A stretch of DNA of 64,000 nt from a virus. The stretch spans positions 32,001-96,000 of the IMG/VR virus record IMGVR_UViG_3300028197_000003; one strand, written 5' to 3'. The first letter of the stretch is position 1. Every line of letters begins with the position of its first letter. The position numbers were made by a program, and so were the translations under genes. Shown here in pieces: positions 27,934 to 37,289 of the stretch. The notes beneath the pieces were generated by a model that was given only the letters and a program-made list of their open reading frames with translations, searched no databases and was not told the DNA's origin.

Positions 27934-28152
27934 ATGGATACTGATCAACTTCTCGATATGATGGGTTCTAAAGAATCCACTCCCAGTGAAATTCATGATG
28001 CCATCAAAGCTTTGTTGACTCAAAAAGCTGCCGACACAGTAGGAGAAGTTACTCCTGCTGTTGCGGCAGGTATTTTTGGAGATACTTCAGGTGAAGATGC
28101 TCCAACAGATGAAGTAGAAACTGAAACTGAAACCGAAGAGGAGTCCGAGTGA
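27934..28152 (+). CDS. Small acidic prohead-core-like protein
   Basis: 72 aa with acidic tail; sits where T4 has gp67/gp68. Confidence 0.6.
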   Translation: MDTDQLLDMMGSKESTPSEIHDAIKALLTQKAADTVGEVTPAVAAGIFGDTSGEDAPTDEVETETETEEESE

Positions 28153-28709
28153 TGCAAGCACTGAAACTTGTAGCCGACCATGGTGAACTGTCAAGTAATG
28201 ATGCAACCACGGTTGCGTCCAGTGCTATCACTATTCAAAGTGGTCTGTTATATCTGGCATGTAGTTCTGAGAAAAAAAGTGGACACATCTCTGTGTGTAA
28301 CACTGTCGCAGAAGCTGGCATCGGATCGTTTCATATCGAGAAAGGACAAGGGTTCCTCTATCGTTATGGTCACCCGGCACATGCCAAGATCACTGGTGTC
28401 ACTAAAGGTGCAACCACGGTCATGGCGATCGATTTTGTAGACACCAAAATCAGTGTAGGAGATTTCGTAACTATGACCGGCGCTGCTGTCGGAGCATATA
28501 ACAGCACTTTAGCACACGTTGAAGTGACTGCGATTTCTGATCCTCAATCATATAATGCTTACTCTAAGACCATTACGGTCGATGCTGACACAGCATCATT
28601 AGGAGATTTTACTGGAACTGCAGAGATTTCTAAGTCCGTCATTGTGCGGCTTGCCCCTGAAACTTCTGATGGTTGCACTATGCATGTACACGAGGTCAAT
28701 CTAGCATGA
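28152..28709 (+). CDS. Hypothetical virion-associated protein
   Basis: 185 aa in the head operon between gp20 and gp21. Confidence 0.7.
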   Translation: MQALKLVADHGELSSNDATTVASSAITIQSGLLYLACSSEKKSGHISVCNTVAEAGIGSFHIEKGQGFLYRYGHPAHAKITGVTKGATTVMAIDFVDTKISVGDFVTMTGAAVGAYNSTLAHVEVTAISDPQSYNAYSKTITVDADTASLGDFTGTAEISKSVIVRLAPETSDGCTMHVHEVNLA

Positions 28710-29353
28710 AACTTATCTCAGAAGAAATTGAAGCAGTAGATATTCTTACCGAAGAGAAAGACGGTAAGAAAACTCTGTATATTCAAGGACCTTTTCTCCA
28801 AGCAGAAGTTGTAAACCGGAACAAACGGTGCTATGGCCTCGGCACTATGGTCAAAGAGGTTGCTCGTTACAACGATTCTTATACCAATAAGGGTCGTGCC
28901 CTTGGTGAACTGGGTCACCCAGATGGTCCCCAGATCAATCTGGATCGAGTGTCCCACAAGATTGTGTCGTTGACTCAAGAAGGTAATAACTTTGTAGGTA
29001 AGGCACAAATTTTGTCTACCCCCATGGGCAAAATTGCTGAGTCTCTCATTAGTGAGGGTGTAAAACTTGGCGTTTCCTCTAGGGGAATGGGATCCATTAC
29101 TCAGCGTGATGGTATCAGTTATGTTGGCGAAGATTTTATGCTCGCCACCGCTGCTGATATTGTTGCCGATCCTTCTGCTCCCGACGCTTTTGTGGACGGA
29201 ATTATGGAAGGAAAGGAATGGGTCTGGGAAGGTAGTGTACTTCGCGAAAAGTCTTGTAAGGCAATTGAAGAGAGTATAAATACCGCTGTAGACGAAGGAG
29301 TGCTTGAGGCACACAAGTTGCGCCTTTTTGCACAATTCCTTTCAGATCTATAA
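28706..29353 (+). CDS. gp21: Prohead protease
   Basis: MKLISEE; ALGELGHP; GVSSRGMGS; ADPSAPDAFV. Confidence 0.96.
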   Translation: MKLISEEIEAVDILTEEKDGKKTLYIQGPFLQAEVVNRNKRCYGLGTMVKEVARYNDSYTNKGRALGELGHPDGPQINLDRVSHKIVSLTQEGNNFVGKAQILSTPMGKIAESLISEGVKLGVSSRGMGSITQRDGISYVGEDFMLATAADIVADPSAPDAFVDGIMEGKEWVWEGSVLREKSCKAIEESINTAVDEGVLEAHKLRLFAQFLSDL

Positions 29354-29358
29354 AACTC

Positions 29359-29364
29359 TAAATA
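29359..29364 (+). promoter_or_regulatory. Late promoter TAAATA
   Basis: Upstream of gp22. Confidence 0.75.
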
Positions 29365-29400
29365 ATAACAGCAATAACTAGGACTTACGGAAACTAACCG

Positions 29401-30492
29401 ATGGCTGAAGCGAAACAAACACTAGATGAAATGGAGAACCAGGTTACTAAAGGTGCGTCTAAAGCGGATCCTATGCCCAAGGCTCCCAACTACGTGCCTG
29501 ATAACGCCGCGATCGAAGATCTCGGTGGACCCACTCCTACTAATTCCAGACCAGATGACGACAGCAATAAGCTGAAGACACCTGGCGCATCCTTTGCCCA
29601 ATCAGGCGACGTTCAATTTAGGAACGCCGCTGGCAAAGTTCAACTTCCAGGACCTGCTGCTCTGAAGAGCACTGGTTATGGAAAAGGTGCCAACGAAGAA
29701 ACCGAATCCGAGGAAGAGGTGGTTGCAGAAACCCCCAAAACCAAAGATCCTGTTGTTGCTGAAGAAGAGCAAGTCGAAGCCATCGATATCGATGTGTCTG
29801 AAGACGTTGCTGCTTTACTCGAAGGAGAAGAACTCTCTGCCGAGTTCCAAGAAAAGACCGCTACAATCTTTGAAGCTGCTGTACGTAGCAAGATTGATCA
29901 AGTGGCAAGCACTCTGGAAGCTCAGTTCAGCGAAGCATTTGACCAAGAGGTCTCTAGCTTCAAGACTGAGATGACCGAGCGTGTTGATTCATACCTAGAG
30001 TTCGTTGCGAACGAGTGGATCAACGAGAATGCGCTGCAGGTCGAATCAGGAATCCGAAGTGAACTTTCGGAATCCTTTATGACGGGTCTCAAAGCCCTCT
30101 TTGAAGAACATTATGTTGAAATCCCTGAAGATAAATATGATGTCTTAGAAGCAATGACTTCTAAGTTAGATGAAATGGAGACAAAACTCAACGAACAGAT
30201 CGACAGCAACGTCGCATTGACTCAGCGACTGTCGGCGTCTGTTTCTGACAACATCCTCGATGAAGTAAGTGAAGGTTTGGCGCTGTCCCAAAAGGACAAG
30301 CTTTCGGAACTCTCTAAAGGTGTTGAGTTTGAAAGTGAAGAACAGTACCGGGAAAAGCTCGCTACTCTCAAGGAATCGTATTTTACGAAACCTGTAGTTG
30401 AGTCCCAAGAAGTTAGCAGCGAAGAGAGCCTCGTCGAAGATTACTCTCCGTCAATGAACGCATATCTCAATGCTCTAACTAAGTTCCAATAG
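29401..30492 (+). CDS. gp22: Prohead core scaffold protein
   Basis: KTATIFEAAV; VDSYLEFVANEW; position before gp23. Confidence 0.93.
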   Translation: MAEAKQTLDEMENQVTKGASKADPMPKAPNYVPDNAAIEDLGGPTPTNSRPDDDSNKLKTPGASFAQSGDVQFRNAAGKVQLPGPAALKSTGYGKGANEETESEEEVVAETPKTKDPVVAEEEQVEAIDIDVSEDVAALLEGEELSAEFQEKTATIFEAAVRSKIDQVASTLEAQFSEAFDQEVSSFKTEMTERVDSYLEFVANEWINENALQVESGIRSELSESFMTGLKALFEEHYVEIPEDKYDVLEAMTSKLDEMETKLNEQIDSNVALTQRLSASVSDNILDEVSEGLALSQKDKLSELSKGVEFESEEQYREKLATLKESYFTKPVVESQEVSSEESLVEDYSPSMNAYLNALTKFQ

Positions 30493-30534
30493 TATTAGAA
30501 CAACACCCCCCCAACACCCTAATAGGTATACCCA

Positions 30535-31941
30535 ATGTTCAATTCTGGATCTCTCCAGAAGAAGTGGGCACCTCTGCTAGAGGCCGAAGGTCTTGATTCA
30601 ATCAAGGATTCCCACCGCAGAGCTGTAACAGCCCAACTTCTCGAAAACCAAGAACGTTTTCTCCGTGAGGAGCGTGCCTTCCTGAGCGAAGGACCCCCTA
30701 CGGTCAACACAGATCCCGGCGGCGCAGGCGTTGCTGGTTTTAGTGGCGGCGCTGGTGCCGCTGGTCCTGTCGCAGGTTTCGACCCTGTGCTGATCAGCTT
30801 GATCCGTCGCTCCATGCCCAACCTGGTCGCTTATGACCTCGCTGGTGTTCAGCCGATGAACGGTCCTACTGGACTGATCTTCGCAATGCGTTCACGCTAC
30901 GACGGTCAGTCTGGCACAGAAGCATTCTTCAACGAGCCCGATTCGGCATTCTCCGCACAGAACTCTAACGCCAGCTTGGCACAGGGTGACTACACCGGAG
31001 CAACTGATGGTGGTACTGCTGTTGGTTTTGGTACGACCGCCCAAGGTGGTAGCAACCCATCCATCCTCAACGGTGGTGCAGACAACGCTTACAGCACTGG
31101 ACAAGGTTTCAACACCCAAGCTTCTGAAGCACTGGGCGATGGTTCCTCGAACGACTTCCGTGAGATGGCGTTCAGCATCGAGAAAGTCTCGGTGACCGCC
31201 AAATCACGTGCCCTGAAGGCCGAGTACAGCCTTGAGCTTGCTCAAGACTTGAAGGCAATTCATGGTTTGGATGCCGAAGCGGAACTCGCCAACATCCTCA
31301 GCACAGAAATCCTTGCTGAGATCAACCGCGAGATCATCCGTACGATCTACAAGTCCGCCGAAGCTGGTGCTCAAACAAACACTGCCACAACTGGCGTGTT
31401 CGACCTTGACACCGACAGCAACGGTCGTTGGATGGTTGAGAAGTTCAAAGGAATGATCTTCCAACTGGAGCGTGATGCTAACGCCATCGCTCAAAGAACT
31501 CGTCGCGGGAAGGGTAATATCCTCCTTTGCTCCGCTGATGTTGCTTCTGCTCTGACCGCCGCTGGTCAACTGGACTACACCCCTGCCCTGTCAGCCAACA
31601 TGACTGTTGATGACACCGGCAACACCTTCGCTGGTGTGCTCAACGGTCGCTATCGCGTCTATATTGACCCGTTTGCTGCTAACTTGAGTCCTGATCAGTA
31701 TTACGTGATGGGCTACAAGGGTTCTAACCCTTATGACGCCGGTCTGTTCTACTGTCCTTACGTGCCCCTGCAAATGGTTCGCGCCGTTGGTCAGGACACC
31801 TTCCAGCCCAAAATTGGCTTCAAGACCCGCTACGGCATGGTCGCCAACCCTTACGCCGAAGGCACCACACAGGGTCTCGGACGTATTACCGCTGGTTCTA
31901 ACCGCTACTACCGTCGCGTCAAGGTCCAAAACCTTATGTGA
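30535..31941 (+). CDS. gp23: Major capsid protein
   Basis: GVQPMNGPTGLIFAMR; AKSRALKAEYSLELAQDLKAIHG; FQPKIGFKTRYG. Confidence 0.99.
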   Translation: MFNSGSLQKKWAPLLEAEGLDSIKDSHRRAVTAQLLENQERFLREERAFLSEGPPTVNTDPGGAGVAGFSGGAGAAGPVAGFDPVLISLIRRSMPNLVAYDLAGVQPMNGPTGLIFAMRSRYDGQSGTEAFFNEPDSAFSAQNSNASLAQGDYTGATDGGTAVGFGTTAQGGSNPSILNGGADNAYSTGQGFNTQASEALGDGSSNDFREMAFSIEKVSVTAKSRALKAEYSLELAQDLKAIHGLDAEAELANILSTEILAEINREIIRTIYKSAEAGAQTNTATTGVFDLDTDSNGRWMVEKFKGMIFQLERDANAIAQRTRRGKGNILLCSADVASALTAAGQLDYTPALSANMTVDDTGNTFAGVLNGRYRVYIDPFAANLSPDQYYVMGYKGSNPYDAGLFYCPYVPLQMVRAVGQDTFQPKIGFKTRYGMVANPYAEGTTQGLGRITAGSNRYYRRVKVQNLM

Positions 31942-31960
31942 TCACGGATCACAGTCACCA

Positions 31961-31987
31961 AGACTCCCTTCGGGGGGTCTTTTTTTA
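31961..31987 (+). terminator. gp23 terminator with UUCG loop
   Basis: AGACTCCC-ttcg-GGGGGTCT followed by a T tract. Confidence 0.92.
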
Positions 31988-32428
31988 TGAGTATCTAATT
32001 ACAATCTTTTTATGTTGGGTAGTCTTATCACTACACTGGTAATGCGTTACTTTACCGTTTAGTAGACCAGTTGCTCTAGCAATGAGATCCATAGCAGCAA
32101 GTCTATCTGCTTCAGGACCTGCTTCAGGTTTCATTCTATGCTTCTTCCACATCTCAGCAACCATATCAACATTATGAACAACACCAATATGTTGTGGTGG
32201 TTGTGATTGCCACTCGTCTAGTTTCTCTTGCGTAGTATCTTGAATATTGAAAGGAGTATCACTTTCAATAAATTCTTCGTTCATTTTTTTATATGTTTCT
32301 GGCGTAATTTTCATATTGTTTTTCATTGACCAACAGGGTTTACAGAGAGGAACCATCCTCAATTGAGGGCACTGATCCGCTGGAGTTAGTTTACCACAAG
32401 AACTACATTCTATCTCCCACATTTTCAT
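31985..32428 (-). CDS. Hypothetical protein with N-terminal CxxC...CxxC
   Basis: 147 aa; CSSC and CKPC; start uncertain. Confidence 0.55.
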   Translation of the reverse strand: MKMWEIECSSCGKLTPADQCPQLRMVPLCKPCWSMKNNMKITPETYKKMNEEFIESDTPFNIQDTTQEKLDEWQSQPPQHIGVVHNVDMVAEMWKKHRMKPEAGPEADRLAAMDLIARATGLLNGKVTHYQCSDKTTQHKKIVIRYS

Positions 32429-32724
32429 AATGTTCTTTCTAACCTTTCTGTTGGTTGGTCAGGGAAGTCTCTTGGTCTGCTATCAGTAGCATTATCAGTT
32501 TTAGGTGAACCTTCGTTTGCCTTCATAGTATGCTGATAGTTTGCTCTTGGGTATCTGATACGAAAAGGATCAGGCATCCAGTAGGTTACCTGCCATTCCT
32601 GTTCAGGACATAGTTCAAGATGTTTCTCTACAGTATGAGAAAAACTCCCAATTTGAATGTACCCATCGTGACTAACGCATCTTCCGTTCCCAGTATCAAC
32701 CAGGAATAACATCTTACTACTCAT
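32425..32724 (-). CDS. Hypothetical protein (99 aa)
   Basis: MSSKMLFLVD start overlaps the upstream stop (ATGA coupling). Confidence 0.7.
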   Translation of the reverse strand: MSSKMLFLVDTGNGRCVSHDGYIQIGSFSHTVEKHLELCPEQEWQVTYWMPDPFRIRYPRANYQHTMKANEGSPKTDNATDSRPRDFPDQPTERLERTL

Positions 32725-32870
32725 AGCATTTCTTGCTCTGGGTTGAGATTCTTGACAAATTGCACAGGATCCCTTTCGGACTTGTGTACCCAATGATATC
32801 GCATGCATTCAAACATGTGATCCCACATTGTAACACACGTGTAGTCAGATTTTTTACTTTCTGTTGTCAC
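32721..32870 (-). CDS. Small hypothetical protein (49 aa, GTG start)
   Basis: Not in track; MTTESKKSDYTCVTMWDHMFECMRYHWVHKSERDPVQFVKNLNPEQEML; directly downstream of a minus-strand late promoter. Confidence 0.6.
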   Translation of the reverse strand: MTTESKKSDYTCVTMWDHMFECMRYHWVHKSERDPVQFVKNLNPEQEML

Positions 32871-32882
32871 AATTTTTGATTT

Positions 32883-32902
32883 TATTTATAGTAATGTAAA
32901 TA
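32883..32902. promoter_or_regulatory. Divergent late promoters
   Basis: TATAAATA on - (32883-32890) and TAAATA on + (32897-32902). Confidence 0.7.
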
Positions 32903-32965
32903 AGTTAGAAATGTTAGTAAACAAACACAAAGTTGCATAGATAGTATGTCGAATTGGGATTTCAC

Positions 32966-33124
32966 ATGCACAACATTATTTCAAACAACCAGTTGAATGA
33001 ATGGGGTCGAATCCAAATGCTAGAAGAGGAAAATACTAGAATCAATGACTACTATGAATGCATCATTGAATGTGATGAGGGAGGAGCTGCCTGTAAACGA
33101 ATATGTAAAGAAATTTTAGTATAG
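32966..33124 (+). CDS. Small Cys-rich protein (52 aa)
   Basis: Not in track; MHNIISNNQLNEW...NDYYECIIECDEGGAACKRICKEILV; followed by a terminator. Confidence 0.7.
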   Translation: MHNIISNNQLNEWGRIQMLEEENTRINDYYECIIECDEGGAACKRICKEILV

Positions 33125-33134
33125 GTACCACTAC

Positions 33135-33163
33135 AAACCTCCCCTTCCTAGGGGGGGTTTTTT
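33135..33163 (+). terminator. Rho-independent terminator
   Basis: AAACCTCCCCT-tcct-AGGGGGGGTTT then TTT. Confidence 0.85.
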
Positions 33164-33176
33164 GCTATAGTAAATA
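33163..33176 (+). promoter_or_regulatory. Extended -10 (TGCTATAGT) overlapping a late promoter TAAATA
   Basis: tgctatag taaata immediately after the terminator. Confidence 0.6.
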
Positions 33177-33196
33177 GGGATGACGCTGATGCAACC

Positions 33197-33397
33197 ATGA
33201 AAGACCAGAACGCTATTTTGGATTCCGAAAGCAAACAGGTCAAGTGGAACCGTGGGTTAGATCTTTTCATTGAATCAGTTTTGAAACCGGATTCAACACT
33301 TAGAGACTGTGCTCACAACCAGCAGTGCTATAATGAACTTATGGATGTCAGGCAAGACGTTCTTCAGTATCTGAAATCTAAACGTTGGTATGCCTAA
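33197..33397 (+). CDS. Hypothetical protein (66 aa)
   Basis: ATG ORF downstream of promoters. Confidence 0.7.
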   Translation: MKDQNAILDSESKQVKWNRGLDLFIESVLKPDSTLRDCAHNQQCYNELMDVRQDVLQYLKSKRWYA

Positions 33398-33554
33398 AAA
33401 CTCAGTAACTAGGGAAGAGTTGATCACCCGAGTTCTCAAACTAAAAACAGAATTGTATGATGGTTCCTGGTCTGCTAAAAACAGGGACTGGCACGAAGGT
33501 GGACAGAGTTCTTTGAATAGAGTTCTTGATCTATTAGAAGAGTATCGCTTCTAA
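33390..33554 (+). CDS. Hypothetical protein (54 aa)
   Basis: Not in track; MPKNSVTREELITRVLKLKTELYDG...YRF; overlaps upstream stop. Confidence 0.65.
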   Translation: MPKNSVTREELITRVLKLKTELYDGSWSAKNRDWHEGGQSSLNRVLDLLEEYRF

Positions 33555-33578
33555 ATAGCTCGTTGCTGCTATTAGCTT

Positions 33579-34157
33579 TTGAAAACTGGAGTTAGGGGTG
33601 CTACTCCTCCATATCAACTAAACGAACCCACAAACAGGAACTTCCTGAGTATTGTTGGATTCAATTTTATTTTGAATCGTTGCCCTAAGGTTAGTTTTTA
33701 TTGTAACCAGGCAAATATCCCAGACATTACTTTAGGGGTAGCAAACCAGGCAAGTTATTTGAGAGACATTCCTGTACCTGGAGACAAACTTCAGTATGGA
33801 GATCTTTCTCTTCAGTTCATGGTTGACGAAAACTGTGAAAATTATTTGCAGATCTATGACTGGATCACAGGACTGGGATATCCAGAGTCCTTACAGCAGT
33901 ATGAAGATCTAAAACGAAACAGCAGGTTCTATCCTAATGAAGATGCTCCATTCAATGAGCGTTCTGATGGAACTTTGATTGTCTTGAACAGTGATTATAA
34001 CCCAGCGGTGAAAATCAAATTCAAGGATATGTTTCCAATCAACCTGTCAGGCATACCTTTCAGTGCTATTGAAACAGAAGAACGTTACTTTACAGCATCG
34101 GTAACCTTCAAGTATACTATTTTTGATATGATTGATGTCCTTGGAAAGAAAGTCTAG
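33579..34157 (+). CDS. gp3: Tail completion / tube terminator gp3
   Basis: NRNFLS..GF; ANIPDITLG; PGDKLQYGDL; TAAATA at 33552-33557. Confidence 0.88.
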   Translation: MKTGVRGATPPYQLNEPTNRNFLSIVGFNFILNRCPKVSFYCNQANIPDITLGVANQASYLRDIPVPGDKLQYGDLSLQFMVDENCENYLQIYDWITGLGYPESLQQYEDLKRNSRFYPNEDAPFNERSDGTLIVLNSDYNPAVKIKFKDMFPINLSGIPFSAIETEERYFTASVTFKYTIFDMIDVLGKKV

Positions 34158-34593
34158 TCCTCTTAGTCTCGAAAACATCCAAGAGATGTGGACTAAAGAT
34201 GCCGTAATGAATCAGGATGAGTTGGACACGGAATCACTGAAGATTCCCCAATTACATGCCAAGTATTATGGGCTATATAATACAATCCTACTGATGAGGA
34301 AACAAAACGAACAAATTTACAGTTCGTTGTTGCTTCAAAGGAGAAATTTTTACACTGGTAAGGCAACTGCTGCTGTATATGAAGCAGAACCATTTCCTTA
34401 CAAGGTCAGAGATAAGGATGACCTCAAGTTATATCTTGAGTCTGACGAGAAGTTATCCAAAACGAGACTAAAAATTGAATACTTCGATTCAATGTTGAAA
34501 TACTTAGAAGAAATTCTAAGGCAGATAACGAATCGCACGTATCAAATCAAAAATGCGATTGAGTGGCGCAGGTTCTCTTCAGGTTATGGCTGA
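34135..34593 (+). CDS. uvsY: Recombination mediator UvsY
   Basis: ESLKIPQLHAKY; RTYQIKNAIEW; position. Confidence 0.9.
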   Translation: MSLERKSSPLSLENIQEMWTKDAVMNQDELDTESLKIPQLHAKYYGLYNTILLMRKQNEQIYSSLLLQRRNFYTGKATAAVYEAEPFPYKVRDKDDLKLYLESDEKLSKTRLKIEYFDSMLKYLEEILRQITNRTYQIKNAIEWRRFSSGYG

Positions 34594-36034
34594 TCTTATC
34601 ATAAAAAAGAAGAATGAAGTATATCTCGTTGTAGAATGTGATCCACATATACAGCATGAACTTCAGGACCAATTTACTTTTGAGGTTCCTGGTGCAAAAT
34701 TCATGCCTCAATACAGAAGTAAGTATTGGGATGGTAAAATTAGATTATTCAATGTCCAGAAAGGAGAAATCTACGTAGGTCTTCTGGATAAAGTCTGTCA
34801 ATTTTGTAAGAGATATAATTATACCTTTGAATTCAAAGACTCAAAGCACTACGGTCTACCGTACCAGGAAGATCCCGGTATCTCTGTACGAGGAGTAAAG
34901 GATTGGTTGGAGGTAATCTCCAAATATACTCCTAGAGACTATCAAATTGATGGCGTCTACGATGCCTTGAAAAGAAAACGACGATTGATTATTTCCCCGA
35001 CCGGTTCGGGCAAGTCTTTGATGATCTACGCTGTTGTGCAGTATCATGCTGCCCATCAAAGAAAGATCTTGGTCATTGTTCCTACCACATCTTTGGTAGA
35101 ACAAATGTATAAAGACTTTGACGAGTATGGTTTGGATGCTCAAAATGAATGTCATAAAATATATGGTGGTCGAGATATAAACAGTAGTAAGAATATTATT
35201 ATATCAACTTGGCAGTCAATTTACAAGTTAGATAAAAAATGGTTTAGACAATTTGACGTAGTTATTGGTGACGAAGCACATAACTTCAAGTCTAAATCTT
35301 TGGTAGGCATCATGACCAAGATGCATGACACTGCCTATCGTTACGGATTCACTGGTACATTAGATGGTACCCAAACTCACAAGTGGGTATTAGAAGGACT
35401 GTTTGGTCCCTCGTATAAAATTATCAATACAAAAGAACTGCAGGATGCAGGTTACTTAGCACAGTTGAACATCAAAGTTTTACTGTTGAAGCATAAACAA
35501 AATCCATTTGATACGTATGAGGAAGAAGTGCAGTATCTTATTGGTCATGAAAAGAGAAACAAGTTTATAAAAAACCTAGTCCTAGACATAAAAGGCAATA
35601 CGTTGATCCTGTTTAGTCGGGTTGCCGCACATGGAGAGGTTCTTTTCAACCTCATAAATACTGATGACCGGAAGGTATTTTTTATTCATGGTGGAGTTGA
35701 TGTCGAAGAACGGGAATCAGTTAGGTCTATTGCAGAGACTGAAAACGACGCCATCATCATCGCTTCTTTCGGAACTTTTTCAACAGGTATCAATATAAAG
35801 AACTTACACAACGTGGTCTTTGCATCACCAAGTAAGTCTCGAATCAGGACACTTCAATCAATCGGGAGGGTGCTACGGAAGAGTGATTCTAAATTGAATG
35901 CAACTCTATACGATATAGCAGATGATTGTAAGAAGGGTCAAAAAACAAACTACACGCTGAACCATCTTATAGAACGTATCAAATACTATAACGAAGAAAA
36001 GTTCAACTATGACATCATCCAAATCAAGCTCTGA
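34586..36034 (+). CDS. uvsW: SF2 helicase UvsW
   Basis: SPTGSGKS; GDEAH; LQSIGRVLR. Confidence 0.95.
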   Translation: MADLIIKKKNEVYLVVECDPHIQHELQDQFTFEVPGAKFMPQYRSKYWDGKIRLFNVQKGEIYVGLLDKVCQFCKRYNYTFEFKDSKHYGLPYQEDPGISVRGVKDWLEVISKYTPRDYQIDGVYDALKRKRRLIISPTGSGKSLMIYAVVQYHAAHQRKILVIVPTTSLVEQMYKDFDEYGLDAQNECHKIYGGRDINSSKNIIISTWQSIYKLDKKWFRQFDVVIGDEAHNFKSKSLVGIMTKMHDTAYRYGFTGTLDGTQTHKWVLEGLFGPSYKIINTKELQDAGYLAQLNIKVLLLKHKQNPFDTYEEEVQYLIGHEKRNKFIKNLVLDIKGNTLILFSRVAAHGEVLFNLINTDDRKVFFIHGGVDVEERESVRSIAETENDAIIIASFGTFSTGINIKNLHNVVFASPSKSRIRTLQSIGRVLRKSDSKLNATLYDIADDCKKGQKTNYTLNHLIERIKYYNEEKFNYDIIQIKL

Positions 36035-36458
36035 CAATCCATATGACGAGTTCATAGCAGCAGTCAAGCTGGTTTCTGGTGAGGAGATTCTTTCTACGAT
36101 TATGGTTATTGCAGATGATGACGATAAAGTCATCTTTGATAATCCTATTATCTGTGAAGAAATCCGTTCAAGAGGAGGTAAAGGCACTCCAGTGGGATAT
36201 AAGTTTGAACCTTGGATGAGAATGACAGACGAAGAAGTCTTCATTGTAGATATGGATCGTATTATTACTATCTCTGAAATAAAAGATGAAGATGTAATCA
36301 GTACCTATAAGAACATTATTGCATCAGGATTCACTAGAGAACATCCTGAACTCTCTAAAGAGATGGGGTTTATAAACACAGTAGAGAAAGCAAGAGATAC
36401 CTTTGAAGGAATCTATAAGGCAGAAGATGCCTCTAAGAATCCTAAAGATGCTTTATAG
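36009..36458 (+). CDS. Hypothetical protein (possible Sm-like fold)
   Basis: VKLVSGEEI; F.PWM; located between uvsW and gp55. Confidence 0.7.
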   Translation: MTSSKSSSDNPYDEFIAAVKLVSGEEILSTIMVIADDDDKVIFDNPIICEEIRSRGGKGTPVGYKFEPWMRMTDEEVFIVDMDRIITISEIKDEDVISTYKNIIASGFTREHPELSKEMGFINTVEKARDTFEGIYKAEDASKNPKDAL

Positions 36459-36503
36459 TGTTCTAAAGTAAGCTATAGCGTCCCGATCAACCCTGACAGA
36501 GTT

Positions 36504-36532
36504 AGTCTATATGCATTCTGCAGTCTTGTCAA
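36504..36532 (-). promoter_or_regulatory. sigma70-type antisense promoter TTGACA-N17-TAGACT
   Basis: Perfect -35 and 17-nt spacer on the minus strand; no minus-strand gene downstream. Confidence 0.55.
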
Positions 36533-36536
36533 GCTG

Positions 36537-36545
36537 TGCTATACT
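36537..36545 (+). promoter_or_regulatory. Extended -10 promoter TGCTATACT for gp55
   Basis: 22 nt before the gp55 ATG. Confidence 0.65.
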
Positions 36546-36567
36546 ATGAAGATGAAGATCCAATAAG

Positions 36568-37038
36568 ATGACCCGAAAGCGTTCTGAACACTACGTAAAT
36601 AACAAAGAGTTTCTTGTTGCGATCATTGCTTACAAGCAAGAGATCTCTGATGCGGAGGTACTTGGGAAACCAAAACCCCGCATTACAAACTATTTGGGTG
36701 AATGTTTTTTGAAGATAGCAACGCATCTATCTTACAAACCAAACTTTGTCAACTACATGTTCAAAGATGATATGGTTTGTGATGGTATTGAGAACTGTGT
36801 CCAATACATCAACAACTTCAACCCAGAGAAGTCTAAGAATCCTTTTGCTTACTTCACTCAGATCATTCACTACGCTTTCTTGCGTAGGATTCAGAAGGAG
36901 AAGAAGCAGTTAGAGATCCGTCAGAAGATCATTGAGCGGTCAGGGTTTGAGGAAGTGTTTTCTACTGATGACAACTCCAATCATTCTGAGTACAATTCCA
37001 TCAAAGATGCAGTTCAGTACAGGAACAACTACCGATGA
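36568..37038 (+). CDS. gp55: Late-transcription sigma factor
   Basis: HYVNNKEF; NPFAYFTQIIHYAFLRRIQKEK. Confidence 0.96.
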   Translation: MTRKRSEHYVNNKEFLVAIIAYKQEISDAEVLGKPKPRITNYLGECFLKIATHLSYKPNFVNYMFKDDMVCDGIENCVQYINNFNPEKSKNPFAYFTQIIHYAFLRRIQKEKKQLEIRQKIIERSGFEEVFSTDDNSNHSEYNSIKDAVQYRNNYR

Positions 37039-37289
37039 ACATTCTTTTTGAAAAGTGCGAAAAAGAAAAAGCAGAAGACAGAGGTCTTCCTTACACTGCC
37101 TATTTGATTACATACAAAGTCGATGGAGTTGAGACATACGACATTGCTACCTGTGGAAAAACTACCGATCTGTTTGACCACTATTACGACACCTATAAAA
37201 AAGATTTTATTAGGTTTGACCAAGCACAAGGTAGAGTCAGTCCTAAACTTTACGGTTACAAATCTCCAGAAACTTCTAAAAAACGGTAA
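37035..37289 (+). CDS. Hypothetical protein (84 aa)
   Basis: ATGA-coupled to gp55. Confidence 0.7.
   Translation: MNILFEKCEKEKAEDRGLPYTAYLITYKVDGVETYDIATCGKTTDLFDHYYDTYKKDFIRFDQAQGRVSPKLYGYKSPETSKKR

Noticed and set aside
31985-32428. Zinc-ribbon fusion as a novel regulator
   Set aside because: The start is uncertain and the ORF may be adjacent small genes read in one frame; there is no further support.
32966-33124. CP12 or NblA call for the Cys-rich peptide
   Set aside because: It lacks the CP12 C-terminal C-x8-C-x-x-(Y/F)-D-D pattern and the NblA LSLEQ-type start; left hypothetical.
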